A DNA stretch of 64,000 nucleotides from Octopus sinensis (Eukaryota): positions 46,624,001 through 46,688,000 of the forward strand of contig NC_043009.1 in assembly GCF_006345805.1 (NCBI RefSeq), given 5' to 3'. Under the pieces are notes generated by a model. It did not search any database, was not told the origin of the DNA, and was given only the letters and a program-made list of their open reading frames with translations. Of the stretch, positions 13,272 through 25,813 are shown one piece after another; position 1 is the stretch's first letter; every line of letters starts with the position of its first letter. Both the position numbers and the translations under genes were made by a program.

Positions 13272-13510
13272 TTATTTTTCATAGATTATCACGTCTTTTC
13301 TTGTATTCTTTCTGTGTGTCAGCATGCTACTTTCACTAACTATATTAGTAACACTTTCTTCCTTTGATTTAGTTAACCTACATTGGTAATCTACCTGATA
13401 TTTGTCTATCTTGGCTTTTATGCAATTAGTTCTCAATACTTGGTATCGTGCTGCTACTATTAAACTATCTGTGTCCTTTTCATCCTTCGTTTCTGTCAAC
13501 ACAATCATGT
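13272..13510 (-). mobile_element. R4/Dong-like (restriction-like endonuclease) LINE relic
   Basis: DSLIVAARYQVLRTNCIKAKIDK...CRLTKSKEESVTNIVSE is homologous to the 52-53 kb element (EALICASQEQALRTNYMK..CRMC..ETV.HIV). Confidence 0.7.
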
Positions 13511-14909
13511 TTGACTATCACAAAAAACATGGTCTTTCCCCTAAAACATGAGGAATTATGAAAGAAGGCGAATATGTACCGGGGGTGGGAGAAAGAAGAG
13601 AGAATTAACAGTTGAACGTTCTAGAACTCCCAGAATGAAAACGTAAACACCCGAAAAACTTTCCCCCTATTTGTTACTAAATGTATTTCCCTCTTCTTCA
13701 TTGCTAAAAGTAAAGAAGCTAGAAAAGCTCGATCGTATTTCAGTCTAATTGCCATTGTAAATGACTGAGGCTTTCCTTTCTCTGTCTCTGTCGCTTTATT
13801 CTTCTTCTCTACAGTTATCACAATCAAAAGATCCAATGCAGCAATTATTATACATCCGTTTAGAATTAAGACCATGTGAAATTGACAGTTAAACTATTGC
13901 TGCTGATGATAAATTAAGTAATGTCAGATATTCTTCCCTACTTCTCTTTTACTACAACTATAAATTTGCCATGACTACATAAAAGAACATGCCTCAAGAG
14001 ATGCTAGTGTAGTGGTGAAGGTAGCTAAATAGTTGAATGAAGTAATCGATACAAGAAAGTTCGGAGATATAAAATGTAGAAATAACGGCTATGTGGTGGT
14101 TTTCAGTCATGTGGCGTAGAGAAATAGACGGGCATGGCAATGACATGAATGGCTCTAAGTCTAATCGACTAAGAAGCGAAAAGCTGGGTTAGCAAGATGT
14201 TTTTTATTAATGGAACGCTAGACATTCTAGAAACTTCTAAGAGAAACGCTAAGCTTCTTGAATAATTAAGAATCACGTCTCATATCACAGATGCTTCGAG
14301 AAACTTAGAAAAGGGAGGTTACTCCATGTTCTTTCTTGCAAGGGAGATCATTTAATTATTTAGCTACTGCTACACTTGCAAGATAATAGTATATAGATGA
14401 TAACCAGAAAGAGGAAGGGCAAGAGCGACTAAAACTATATTAGGATCATCAATTAAAAGGGGCCTAAAATAGAAAACAAAGGAGGTCACAATGAGATCTA
14501 AGTGGGTATTAAGAGTACAGGGAGAAAAAATGTTTATCCAAATTTAACAAAATTTATATATTATTATGTTTTGTATATCAAATAATAAAACTTTGAAAGG
14601 GATTTAAGGACCAAGTAAGAGAAGGATAGATGAAACAATCCAAGCCCTAAAAAAATAGGGTACTTTTATATAAAATAGAAACCTCATAATTCTTTATCCT
14701 AGCATACTGTTAATGTGGTCATGATAAAACTATTCAACAATTGACACAATTAAATTTGGATTTCATCCGAGAAGGGGTACACATTTTCTATCGATTGTAA
14801 ACCAAAGATTAAGTGCTAAAAAAATAAGAAATTCTATAGTAGATAATCTTATTTAAAGAAACCTTGGAAAAATATAAGTATATAAAAATTTCCATTATCT
14901 GTTACCTAT

Positions 14910-14927
14910 CATTATTATTATTATTAT

Positions 14928-14973
<46 letters not shown>

Positions 14974-14983
14974 TGTGGTGGTG

Positions 14984-15054
<71 letters not shown>

Positions 15055-15064
15055 TGTGGTGGTG

Positions 15065-15108
<44 letters not shown>

Positions 15109-15160
15109 GGTGGTGGTGGTGGTGGTGGTGGTGTGGTGGTAGTAGTAGTAGTAGTAGTAT
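14910..15160. repeat. compound (TAG)n/(TGG)n trinucleotide repeat
   Basis: Direct sequence. Confidence 0.97.
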
Positions 15161-15265
15161 AATTTGTATGTTTATGAAAGCGGACTCTATCAATCATTCT
15201 ACTACCTCCCGACCTCTTTGATCATTTCTATATGTGTGTGTGTATGTAAGTGTGTGTGTGTGTGT

Positions 15266-15301
<36 letters not shown>

Positions 15302-15954
15302 GTGTGTATAAAAATTATAATGGAGAAAGCTGCTTATTAATTAGGTAAGTTACTAAAAGTACTAAAAGAAAGCAATTATTAAAGGCTGGACATTTTTTTA
15401 TAAATTCATGTTACAAGTAATTTCTTATAATTTCGATTTCTGAAGTTTATTGAATTTTTGAACTCCAATTTTTCACAAGCTTAAATATTTTTTGCATTCA
15501 CTGCTTAGTTGATTTTAATGTTTAATAATAAACAATATAGAAAAGTTGTTGCATGCGACTTTTTCCGTTTTCATTTGCAACAGTCTCTCACTCTCTCTTC
15601 TCTCTCTCTCCCTCTCTCTCTCCCTCTCTCCCTCTCTCTCTCGCCTCTATTTTCATCAATGATGATTTAAAAGCAGCTGTATAACTTTGATACGAGGCAC
15701 AATTTCAAGAATATTATCAGTTTCCGGATAATTTTACTTTTTAAATTAAGAAGTGATTTTGTTGATATGGCTGCTTGGAACGCTAAAAGGCTTACAATAA
15801 TAACTATGTGATCGGTCTTATTTCTAGCACGCTAAACAAAATAGATTTTAAGGCGCTTTTACTCATATGATTTTTTCATTTCATGTTTATTTCATTCATT
15901 GTTTACTCACACACACAAATACACATACACATGACATACACACGCCCACGAGTG

Positions 15955-18310
15955 GTTCTTCCATCTTCAATCTATGGTTCTCTTCGTTTCCACAATGAGT
16001 GCTTCCAGAATCCAATGACTGTTGTTCGACACCTGAGAAAACCTACTAATGTCATTACAATTACAACAAATACTAACTGGTATGAAATAAAAAGAAAGAC
16101 AGTCTGAATCCTGGTGAGGTACCTAGAGACCGTCCAGATATTTGAGCAAGTGTTTTCAAGATAAAATATGACAGTCTCATGCATAACCTACTCAAGCATA
16201 ATGTGCTCGATAACGTCGTTGCGCACTCTGCTACCATTGAATGGCAAAAACGAGGTCTCATTCACGCTAACATTCTGCTGATAATGGCTGAAGACTGCAA
16301 AACCAGAACGGTAGATATCATTGATCAAGTAGTGTGTTGTGAGATCCATGATAAAGAGATCAACCCAAAACTACATAAAATCATTACATCCTGCAATATT
16401 CATGGTCTATTTGGTGAGGGTAATATGATTTAAGGCGGCGAGCTGGCAGAAACGTTAGCAGGCCGGGCGAAATGTTTAGCCGTATTTCGTCTCCCGTTAC
16501 GTTCTGAGTTCAAATTCCGCCAAGGTCGACTTTGCCTTTCATCCTTTCGGGGTCGATTAAATAAGTACCAGTTACGCACTGGGGTCGATATAATCGACTT
16601 AATCCGTTTGTCTGTCCTTGTTTGTCCCCTCTGTGTTTAGCCCCTAGTGGGTAGTAAAGAAATAGGTAATATGATTTCTTCATGCATGGAATGTATGGGA
16701 GCAAATCGCCATTGCTCAAAAGGTTATCCCAAACAATTTTAACAGATAACATTTGTGGCTGAAAATTCTTTTCCTTCTTATAGGAGTAACTTGTAGAATG
16801 GGGGTTACTTCCATAAAGATTAAAGATTAGGAATTTATAATTGACAATCGTTGGGCGGTTCCTCAAAATCCTTTGCTTTCTCTAAGACATCAGGAACACA
16901 TCAATTTTGAGGTTGTTCATGGTGTTCAAGCAGTGAAGTATCTGTACAAATACATCACTAAAGGTTCAGATATGATCACATACACAATCGAAGCAATGAT
17001 GGAAATGATATCCATGTACAAAATGAGATTGAGACCTTTGTAAATGTGCACTATATATCTACCAGTGAAGCATTTTGGCGAATTTACAAATTTTCACTTC
17101 ATGAAAGAAAGCCACCAGTCGAGAAATTACCTTGTTATTTGCCAAGAGAACAAACAATTGCAACAAGGAGAGGGAGGAAATGCTGTTGCTAGCGGAAAGC
17201 CCATTACAAAACTGACAGAATATTTCCAACAAAACATCAGAGACCACAGTGCCAGACACATTTTGTATCCTGTTGTTCCAAACTGTTTTACTTGGACAAA
17301 CAAGAAATGGCAAAAAAGAAAAAGGGGTCATTTACATGGAGAACATGAGTTTATGGGTTCTTCTTTGCGACGCATTCCAACAGTATCCCTCAGTAGAGAC
17401 CAATCCGAACTATATCATCTTCGAATGCTTCTACATCACATAGCTGGTGCTACTTCATTCAAGGATTTAAGGACATTTGATGGTATCGAATTACAAACAT
17501 TTCAAGAAGCATACATAAAAATTGACCTGCTGGATGATGATGAAGAAGAAGATAGAGCTGTGAAAGAAATGTCATCGTTAATGTTTAGCCCTCATCTACG
17601 AGAGCTATTTTGTCCAATTTTATTGTACTTACTACCAAGTAATCCTCCTGTTTTCTGAGATAAATACAAGAATTATCTTGCCGAAGATATCATGCTTCAG
17701 AATCATGAGGAATTCTTCTCTGAACGGACATTGAATATTGTTCACATGAAAATCCAGGAAAGGCTTTAAATTGATGGCTTTGATATCTCCAGGCACTTTG
17801 GTATTCCTCAACCAAATATAAGTATGATTGAAGTAAAATTTATTGCTTGTGTGGTTAGAGAAGAAACCATTTTTTATCAATAACAATTGCAACAAACCAT
17901 TAATTAACTTTGAATGATTAGCAAAGATCAGTTTGATACAGTTGTCCAGTCCGTAAATGGTAAAGAAGGAAGAATTCTGTGCTTGAATGCAAGTGGTGAC
18001 ATAGGGAAAACATATGTGCTTAACATTATACTTAAGTACCTTAGACTTAAAATTAAAATTGCAATTGCTACTGCCATGTCAGGTATTGCAGCAACGTTGC
18101 TTCATAAAGGAGAGCTCTTCATTTTAAGTTCAAAATTCCTGTCAGTGTCACTTCAGAATCAGCGTGCAATTGTACAAAGAGAGATGAAATAGGAAAGCTA
18201 ATGCAGCTAGCGGATCCGTTAGCTATTGATGAGTATGGGGCATAAGAATATCTTTGAGTGCCTTGATAGGAGCTGGCGTGATGTACGAGGATGTAACAAA
18301 ACTGTATGTT
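15955..18310 (+). mobile_element. Helitron Rep/helicase pseudogene relic, interrupted by a SINE
   Basis: LPSSIYGSLRF..; IEWQKRGLIHANILL (Rep motif 2); VDNRWAVPQNP..AVKYLYKYITKG; ELYHLRMLL..GATSFKDLRTFDG; ASGDIGKT..AIATAMSGIAATLL (PIF1-like helicase motifs). Many stops. Confidence 0.9.
16432..16664 (+). mobile_element. full-length tRNA-head SINE with a 13-bp target-site duplication
   Basis: GGTAATATGATTT at 16419-16431 and 16665-16677; A/B-box-like head. Confidence 0.92.
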
Positions 18311-19761
18311 GCGTTATCCAGAGTTCGAAAGAAGGTTAATGTAAAAATATAGGCAGAGAGAAATGGAAACAGTACCATTACTGACAATTGCGTCCACAAG
18401 GAGATACTACTTTAAAGCAAAATATGCTTTTTAGCAAGTTTCAATAAATGGAATTAACATAAATTATATGTAAAGTAACATATACTTTTGAGGAATTAAA
18501 CTGCGTTGGCATGCTGGATGAATCAAATCCTTAGAGTAGATCATATTAAATTTGGGTATATTTGAAAAAGTAAGGAAATGCTATTCCCGTGCGTCCTCAC
18601 AGCACCAGACTTCTGCATCTATCTATCTCACTCTACCTCCCTCCCTCCTCTCTCTCTCTCTCTATCTATCTATCGCCTCTATTTTTTTCATTAATAATAA
18701 TTTACTTAATATGTATTCATCGCAATGTTTTCATTTCAAGTTTTATTTCGTTATTTCAGATGAGGAAATTGGGTATTTCGTTGAGTTAAATTCGCCCTCA
18801 GTTTATTGTTTATACATGCTGGAAATTAATTATATTGAACAACTTATTAAAACTTACTGAAGTTTCCAACTCATGTGACTTATTTTCTTTCCGTCGTTAT
18901 CTAAAAATTATCAAGTGAATTTGTTGCTATGGCCATATGATACGCTACGGTTATTAAAATATTTCCATGTGATCGCTGCTATTTTTTGCACACTAAACGT
19001 ATTTGGACTACCTTGATACCTGTTTAAAAAAGAGAGATTATGACTGTGATAAAATAATGAAACCAATATTTACTAAGCAAGTGAGCACTACTATACAAAG
19101 AAATAATTAGACGTAAAAGATCATAAAAATTATTAGAATTGGAAATCAAATGTGAAAATATCATCAAGTGGCTAGCAGAAAACCGTTCGGAAGCTTGGTC
19201 TTTCTGCTAGTAAGTAAGTAAGTAAGTATGTATGTATGTATGTATGTATGTATGTATGTATGTATGTATGTATGTATGTATGTATGTATGTATGTATGTA
19301 TGTATGTATTTTGTCTGTGTTTGTCTCCCACCACCGCTTAATGACTGGTGTTGCTGTGTTAACGATCACGCTAAGAACTGGTGTCGATTTGCTCGATTGA
19401 AATTCCTTAGTAAAGGTGAAAGCTAAGGAAGGTAACTCTTGTACCATGGCAATGAAACTGCTCATGGTCACTTTACCAACTAAAAATCGCAACCCAAATG
19501 CTTTTAAATCAGATCCCAACGCTGTAAGTTCAAGAACCTAATAAATGGTAGATTTTCAATCCTGAGATCATCCTGATTCCAATAAGGAATACGTCTATAT
19601 AGAGCAAATGTAGACTAAGATATAGGGGTCCTGGATGGACAGGTAATATTTCGCTTTTATTGATATAGATTAGTTAACACGAGGCTGTGAGAGAAAAGAA
19701 AACTAGCCGATGATTCGACGTAAACACATGGACCAAACCAACGCTGAGACATGCATAAATA

Positions 19762-20318
19762 CGAGAGTGAGTCAAAAAGTAATGCCATTTTGTTTAGGAC
19801 AGGTATAATTACCAACACAGGAACATGTATGATATATCAAAATGAAGCTGGTCCTCAGTGGATCACATCCCTACTTCTCAACCGTTTTTCTCAATAGCAA
19901 TGTTCCACCTTCAAATGAGAGCATGTATCCCTGTCCCGTGAAATTCTGTTGACTGTTATTTGACCCACTTCTTCACTACAGTTTTCGCTTCCTCGTCACT
20001 GGACTATCATCGTCACTGTACTATCATCTCTTCGCTCCATGAAAGAGGGCTTGAGAGACAAACATTATTCCAGTGACGAGGAGGTGAAAACTGTGGTGAA
20101 GAAGTGGCTGAAACAACAGTTAACAGAATTTTATGAGGCAGGGATACATGCTCTCATTCGATGGTGGAACATTGCTATTGAGAAAAATGGTGACTATGTT
20201 GAGAAGTAAGGATGTGATCCACAGAGAACCAGCTTCATTTTGATGAATGATACATGTTCCTGTGTTGGTAATTATACCTGTCCTAAACAAAATGGCGTTA
20301 CTTTTTGACTCACCCTAG
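19762..20318. mobile_element. fold-back mariner derivative made of two inverted 3' ends, TA TSD
   Basis: Arms 19762-20003 and 20069-20318 are reverse complements. The right arm encodes DEEVKTVVKKWLKQQLTEFYEAGIHALIRWWNIAIEKNGDYVEK*. Confidence 0.88.
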
Positions 20319-20939
20319 TATATTCATCAAGCTATCCATCTGTCCATATTTATACTAATATGCACACACATATGCATACATATATATATACATATATACA
20401 ACATACATACATACATACATACATACATACATACATACATACATACATACATACATACATACATACATACATACTCAGAGACTGACTGGTAAGTGGAATA
20501 GTGAAAATATGCATGCCTTTTCTCAAGTTCCAAATATGACATTGTTTTTGCTACCAACATTCCAATGATGGAAGTTTGAATTTTTGTTAGAAACTAGCTC
20601 CTTTCTTGCAGAATGACTGCAAATGATTTAAAACAGAAGTGAACATACAACGACAGACATATAGAGAGTGACAGACAGACAGACAGATGCACAGAGAGGC
20701 AGGCAGACAGACATACACACAGACAGACATACACACAGACAGACACACAGACACACAGACAAACTCACACACAGATAGATAGATAGATACATACATAATA
20801 CATACATACATACATATATACATACATACATACATACATACATACATACATACATACATACATAGACAGATAGATAGATAGATAGATACATTCATACATT
20901 GACATATACCTACTCAAGTAAATGCAAACACAATAGACT

Positions 20940-21210
20940 AGATATAGAGTTTTGGGACAGGGAAGAGAAAATATACAGAGAAGTGTAAGTTACTTGCCCA
21001 GTATATGTCAAAGAATAACTACGCAAATATCGAGAAATTTACAGCTACTCAACACGGATTACAAGCTCAGATTAATATCTGTACTTACTGGGGAGCTAGA
21101 ACAAGTATCAAGATGCCTCAGCTCCAACCTTGAGCAGTTAGTGATGATTAGAAAGGAAACTATCAACGGAACTTGCAAAATTTATAAAACTTACAAAACT
21201 TATTGCATAT
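20940..21210 (+). mobile_element. possible C-terminal relic of an RLE-type non-LTR element
   Basis: RNLQLLNTDYKLRLISVLTGELEQVSRCL...INGTCKIYKTY resembles the IPIVIGALG...GT region of restriction-like endonuclease ORFs; degenerate. Confidence 0.45.
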
Positions 21211-21269
21211 ATGTTTCATATGTACATCTCTAGAAATGCAACTATATGTATGAGTACACATACATTAAA

Positions 21270-22045
21270 CAGCGCATGTTCTGACGCCAATTTCTTTTAT
21301 GTACCCAGGCCTATTCCCCATTTTTATTAAGAGTGGGTAGGTACAACAGTACGCACACCAGGCATTCCATTCGTTTCCCAGCTCAGAGGCGAACCCCGTT
21401 CTATGCTCGGGTCAAGGAATAGAACGCAAACTCCAATATCAGCAGCGGGACCTGACAGCATATGCTGGTTTACCCCCGCCGCATTATACTGGTTCCGTAC
21501 CCCTTTGAGTAACATCAAATTCACTCATTCGTCGACAGGCACTCTCCGAGCTTTCCTATCATTTGTAAATTCTCTTGCCTCTCTTATTCCAATACCTCTA
21601 ACTACCAAAGCTTTCCCCACTCTATCCATCTACACAACCGAGGTCTGCCTCTGGTTCTGCTGCCTACCACTTCTGCCTTCATCACTCTTCTTACCATCCA
21701 CTCCTTATCCATCCTCTCCATGTGACCAAACCACCTCAACATTCGTCTATCCATTTTGGTTGTTAGTTTTTTTCTCATTCCTGCTCGCCTTCGCACCTCC
21801 TCATTCCTCATCCTGTCCATCCGTGTCACACAAACCTTAGCCCTCAGACATTTCATCTCAAACTCATCTAATCGCCTCCTTTCCGCCTCTCTCATTCCCC
21901 ACGTCTCTGCACCATATGATATTGTCGACACAATCATGCCCTCATAAACACCTCTTTTCACTTCCATACTCAACCTTTTATCTCTCAGCACACCTTTCAC
22001 AACTCCAAGTGTCTTACTCCCCTCCCTCACTCTATATCCCACTTC
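21270..22045 (-). mobile_element. RTE-type LINE 3' fragment
   Basis: YGAETW...LDEFEMKCLR..RMDRMRNEEVRR..LRWFGHMERM..GSRTRGRPR. Confidence 0.85.
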
Positions 22046-22349
22046 CTGACGCCAAATACTAGCATATATACACAAAACATGGAAAACAGCTCTGTTGTCG
22101 TAATTCCAATGAAGGAGTCTTGTATCTAGGTCAGAAACGGATTGTTTATCCATTGACAAGAAACTAAAACATATAACTAATGCAAGGTGCACTCCTGAAG
22201 TTTTAAATCTTTCAATTTGAAAGAATTACAAAGATCTAACTTCTTTCAAAGTAGGATCCTCTGATTTCAATGCTCCCTTTCTAGCGCCCCAGCCACTTCA
22301 TCAAGACCCATGGAAGTCTCCTAAGTGAAGGCGCCCAGAGCCTTTTATG

Positions 22350-22990
22350 CTCTACTTTAGCTAGGTAAACAACGAAAAGTCACAGGGAGCAAGGTCCAAA
22401 CTCTAGGGAGGAGGAGGTATAGTTTTGGTTACCAGTATGGAATGTAGACTGGTGCATTGTCTTGGTGCGGGTGCCACCAACCCGAGTGGAAGAGCTTTTG
22501 CTTTTGGTGACAAAATCTCTTCCTCATCTCCCTCAAATCTCCCACAAAGTCCTCATTGTTAACTGTCTAACCAGAGGAAACACAATGGCTGTAGATGATA
22601 CCATTGCTGACGAAATGGTGGGATCACCACGAGTTTCTAGGTGAACTCGCTTTCTCTGTCATTCTTGGGTCTTGGGGAGCTCTTTGGGCTCTTTGTCTCT
22701 TCGTCTGGATCATTAACAATAAATTCAGCTTTCGTCATACTCAAGTTCTCTTGGATTGAAGATAATGAGCTCAACCATCTCCCTGCTGTCACCAACGAAT
22801 CTTTCCTTCTGTTCGCCATTGAGAGCAAATTTCGCACAAATTTTGCAAACATTTTGCGCATGTTCAGCTCACCATGAATAATTCTGTGTGCAGGTGTCAC
22901 ACCAACTTTAAATTGTTTCCTTATTTTCTTTGTAGACAGCAACAGTCTTCATCCAGAAAACTGCGAATTTTCTCAACCAACTCTAATATT
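22350..22990 (-). mobile_element. mariner transposase relic
   Basis: HRIIHGELNMRKMFAKFV; downstream HQDNAPV...SLDLAPCDF read through frameshifts. Confidence 0.75.
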
Positions 22991-22996
22991 CTGACA

Positions 22997-23111
<115 letters not shown>

Positions 23112-23201
23112 GTCCCACCTACACCTCTCATCGTTTACATCTCCTCTCTTCCGTTCTTGAACCACTTGTGCCAGCAAAAAACAGATACCACTATTAGGCA
23201 A

Positions 23202-23503
23202 GGCGCAATGGCGCAGTGGTTAGGGCAGCGGACTCGCGGTTGTAGGATCGCAGCTTCGATTCCCAGACTGGGCGTCGTGAGTGTTTAGTGAGCGAAAACA
23301 CCTAAACTCCACGCGGCTCCGGCAGGGGGTGGTGGAGATCCCTGTTGTACTCTTTCGCCACAACTTTCTCTCACTCTTTCTTCTGTTGGCCTGCTCGCCT
23401 AGCCAGCGGGGTGGCATCATTCGAAGGCTAAAACAATGCGAACGCATTGTGACCAGCGATGTGTAAAACATCTGATGGTCTGGTCGGTCACGTGATCACG
23501 TGA
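23202..23503 (+). mobile_element. tRNA-head SINE, second family
   Basis: TGGCGCAGTGG A-box and TTCGATTCC B-box; ends ggtcacgtgatcacgtga before (TA)n. Confidence 0.75.
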
Positions 23504-23555
23504 TATATATATATATATAACAAGCAAATAAGTAACAAGGATGTCCAGTGATCAA

Positions 23556-23649
23556 TGCATTACGGCCGTTTCAAGCGGTTCCATTTAATGGATCAATGAA
23601 AACATTACATCAATTTCTCAATTTGAAAGAACCGCCTTCCTCAGAAGCA
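23556..23649 (-). ncRNA. canonical minimal type I hammerhead ribozyme motif
   Basis: UGCUU-CUGAGGA-AGGCGGUUC...GAACCGCUU-GAAAC-GGCC-GUA-AUGCA. 9-bp stem II, palindromic stem III. Confidence 0.82.
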
Positions 23650-23800
23650 GACAAAACTATAGATTTCCAATATGAAGGATAAATCATTTTTTAGCACAAT
23701 TTACATTACTACTGGAAACTAAAATAATTACATTGTTTCCTTTTGCTATATTTGTAGCAGAATGGTTATGTCACAAATATAGCAAAGGATACAATGTATG

Positions 23801-23850
<50 letters not shown>

Positions 23851-23856
23851 GTCAGC

Positions 23857-24037
23857 ATGATAGATCGTTAGCCACTACACACATTTTTCCTCTCCTTGTT
23901 TTTTCTGTGTCCCTTTCTGTAGAAGAGCGTAGGCTCGAAACGTAAAAGATATTTTCTATTCCTGAGCGTTATACTAATACATCTGTTTGTTTTGTACACC
24001 ACCTGTCTTCGTCTTTTGTTTTTTTTTCGTAAACTCT

Positions 24038-24038
<1 letters not shown>
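23857..24038 (+). repeat. ~190-bp dispersed repeat with a variant hammerhead-like core, copy 1
   Basis: Shared with 31790-31980 and 57815-57990. Motif ctttCTGTAGAAGAGCGTAGGCTCGAAACGTAaaag at 23913-23948; ends in (TA)n. Confidence 0.85.
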
Positions 24039-24093
<55 letters not shown>

Positions 24094-24099
<6 letters not shown>

Positions 24100-24913
24100 A
24101 TGAGGGTGTCTAAAAGACACCAACATGCCGAAATAGCAGTCGAAACACTGACTATAGTACCACGTTAAATGTTCACATCGCACCATGAGGTAAAGCGGAG
24201 GGACAAAACATACAAGCAAAAATTATTGAATAATTCAAGATCCAAGGATTTCTGGTTCTGCTTTAGATAAGCTTTACCGTCATCAATTGAATATATCAAG
24301 GGTACATAAATACAGATATATATATGCACAGCAAACAATATACTTACATATACGAGCGTCGCACATACATACATATGCACGTATGGACACAGCCAGTTTG
24401 AATCGCCCGCCAAATCACCGCATAAGTACGATATGGTTAAAATAAGCACCGCAGTGAATATAATAACGAATTATATAAATTATATAAATTTATATATGAG
24501 GATAATATCGATATTTAAGTGTCGAAATTATCAAGTGGCCAGCATGAAAGAAATACCTTACAAAGGTAAAAAAATTTTTAACAATTTGCTGTGCATATAT
24601 ATATCTGTATTTATGTACCCTTGATATATTCAATTGATGACGGTAAAGCTTATCTAAAGCAGAACCAGAAATCCTTGGATCTTGAATTATTCGATAATTT
24701 TTGCTTGTATGTTTTGTCCCTCCGCTTTACCTCATGGTGCGATGTGAACATTTAACGTGGTAATATAGTCAGTGTTTCGACTGCTATTTCGGCATGTTGG
24801 TGTCTTTTAGACACCCTCATTTTTAATTGTTAAAAATTTTTTTACCTTTGTAAGGTATTTCTTTCATGCTGGCCACTTGATAATTTCGACACTTAAATAT
24901 CGGTATTATCCTC

Positions 24914-24920
<7 letters not shown>
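24094..24920. repeat. nested inverted-repeat structure A-B-C-A'-C'
   Basis: 24094-24340 is the reverse complement of 24587-24828; 24485-24586 is the reverse complement of 24829-24920. Near-identical arms, (TA)n on both flanks. Confidence 0.9.
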
Positions 24921-24976
<56 letters not shown>

Positions 24977-25501
24977 CATACATATACATAGTTCATAAAT
25001 GAGATCCAAATAATTTCCGTATAGAATACACTTAGTGGGGCTCGAGAGATCTAAACTCCAGCGGGTACAGCAGTAAATGTAGAAATAAGCAAGTTAGACA
25101 AATCAATATTTAAAGTATGTTAAATACAAGAAATACAAAAATGTATATATGTATACATATGAAAAGGTCCGACTTACACAGAATACAAATGATACAGAAA
25201 ATGAAAGGGGTTGAGGGAAAGTATTACAAATCCAATAGCTGTTTCTGGGGACCCGGTGGTCCATAATAATATTTGTAGATTGTTTCTATCAAAGGATTAG
25301 ACGAACCTTCGTATTCATAGAAGAGCTCTTATATTTGAGATGTTGAAGAAAAGAAGTTCAAAGATGTTAGACGGACCTTTTTATATGTATATATAGTAGG
25401 ACCTGTCTATATGTATATATACATTCTTTTGTATTTCATGCATTTAAAATACTTTATATATTGATCTAACTTGCTTATCCCTACATTTACTTTTATATAA
25501 T

Positions 25502-25591
<90 letters not shown>

Positions 25592-25767
25592 GTATATATA
25601 TATATATGTCTATAATATATATATGGATGTATATATATATATAATGTATATATATATATATATATAAATATATAACATATACATATATATATATACATAC
25701 ATATATATATACATATATATAGATATATATATATATACATAATATAATATATATATATATATATAGA

Positions 25768-25809
<42 letters not shown>

Positions 25810-25813
<4 letters not shown>

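Noticed and set aside
14864-15197. Long poly-Val and poly-Leu/Pro ORFs, and the many YI/VC/CM-repeat ORFs elsewhere in the track
   Set aside because: Translations of microsatellites; no evidence of coding function.
23202-23275. tRNA genes at the SINE heads
   Set aside because: A and B boxes are present, but there is no full cloverleaf, and each continues into a repeated SINE body.
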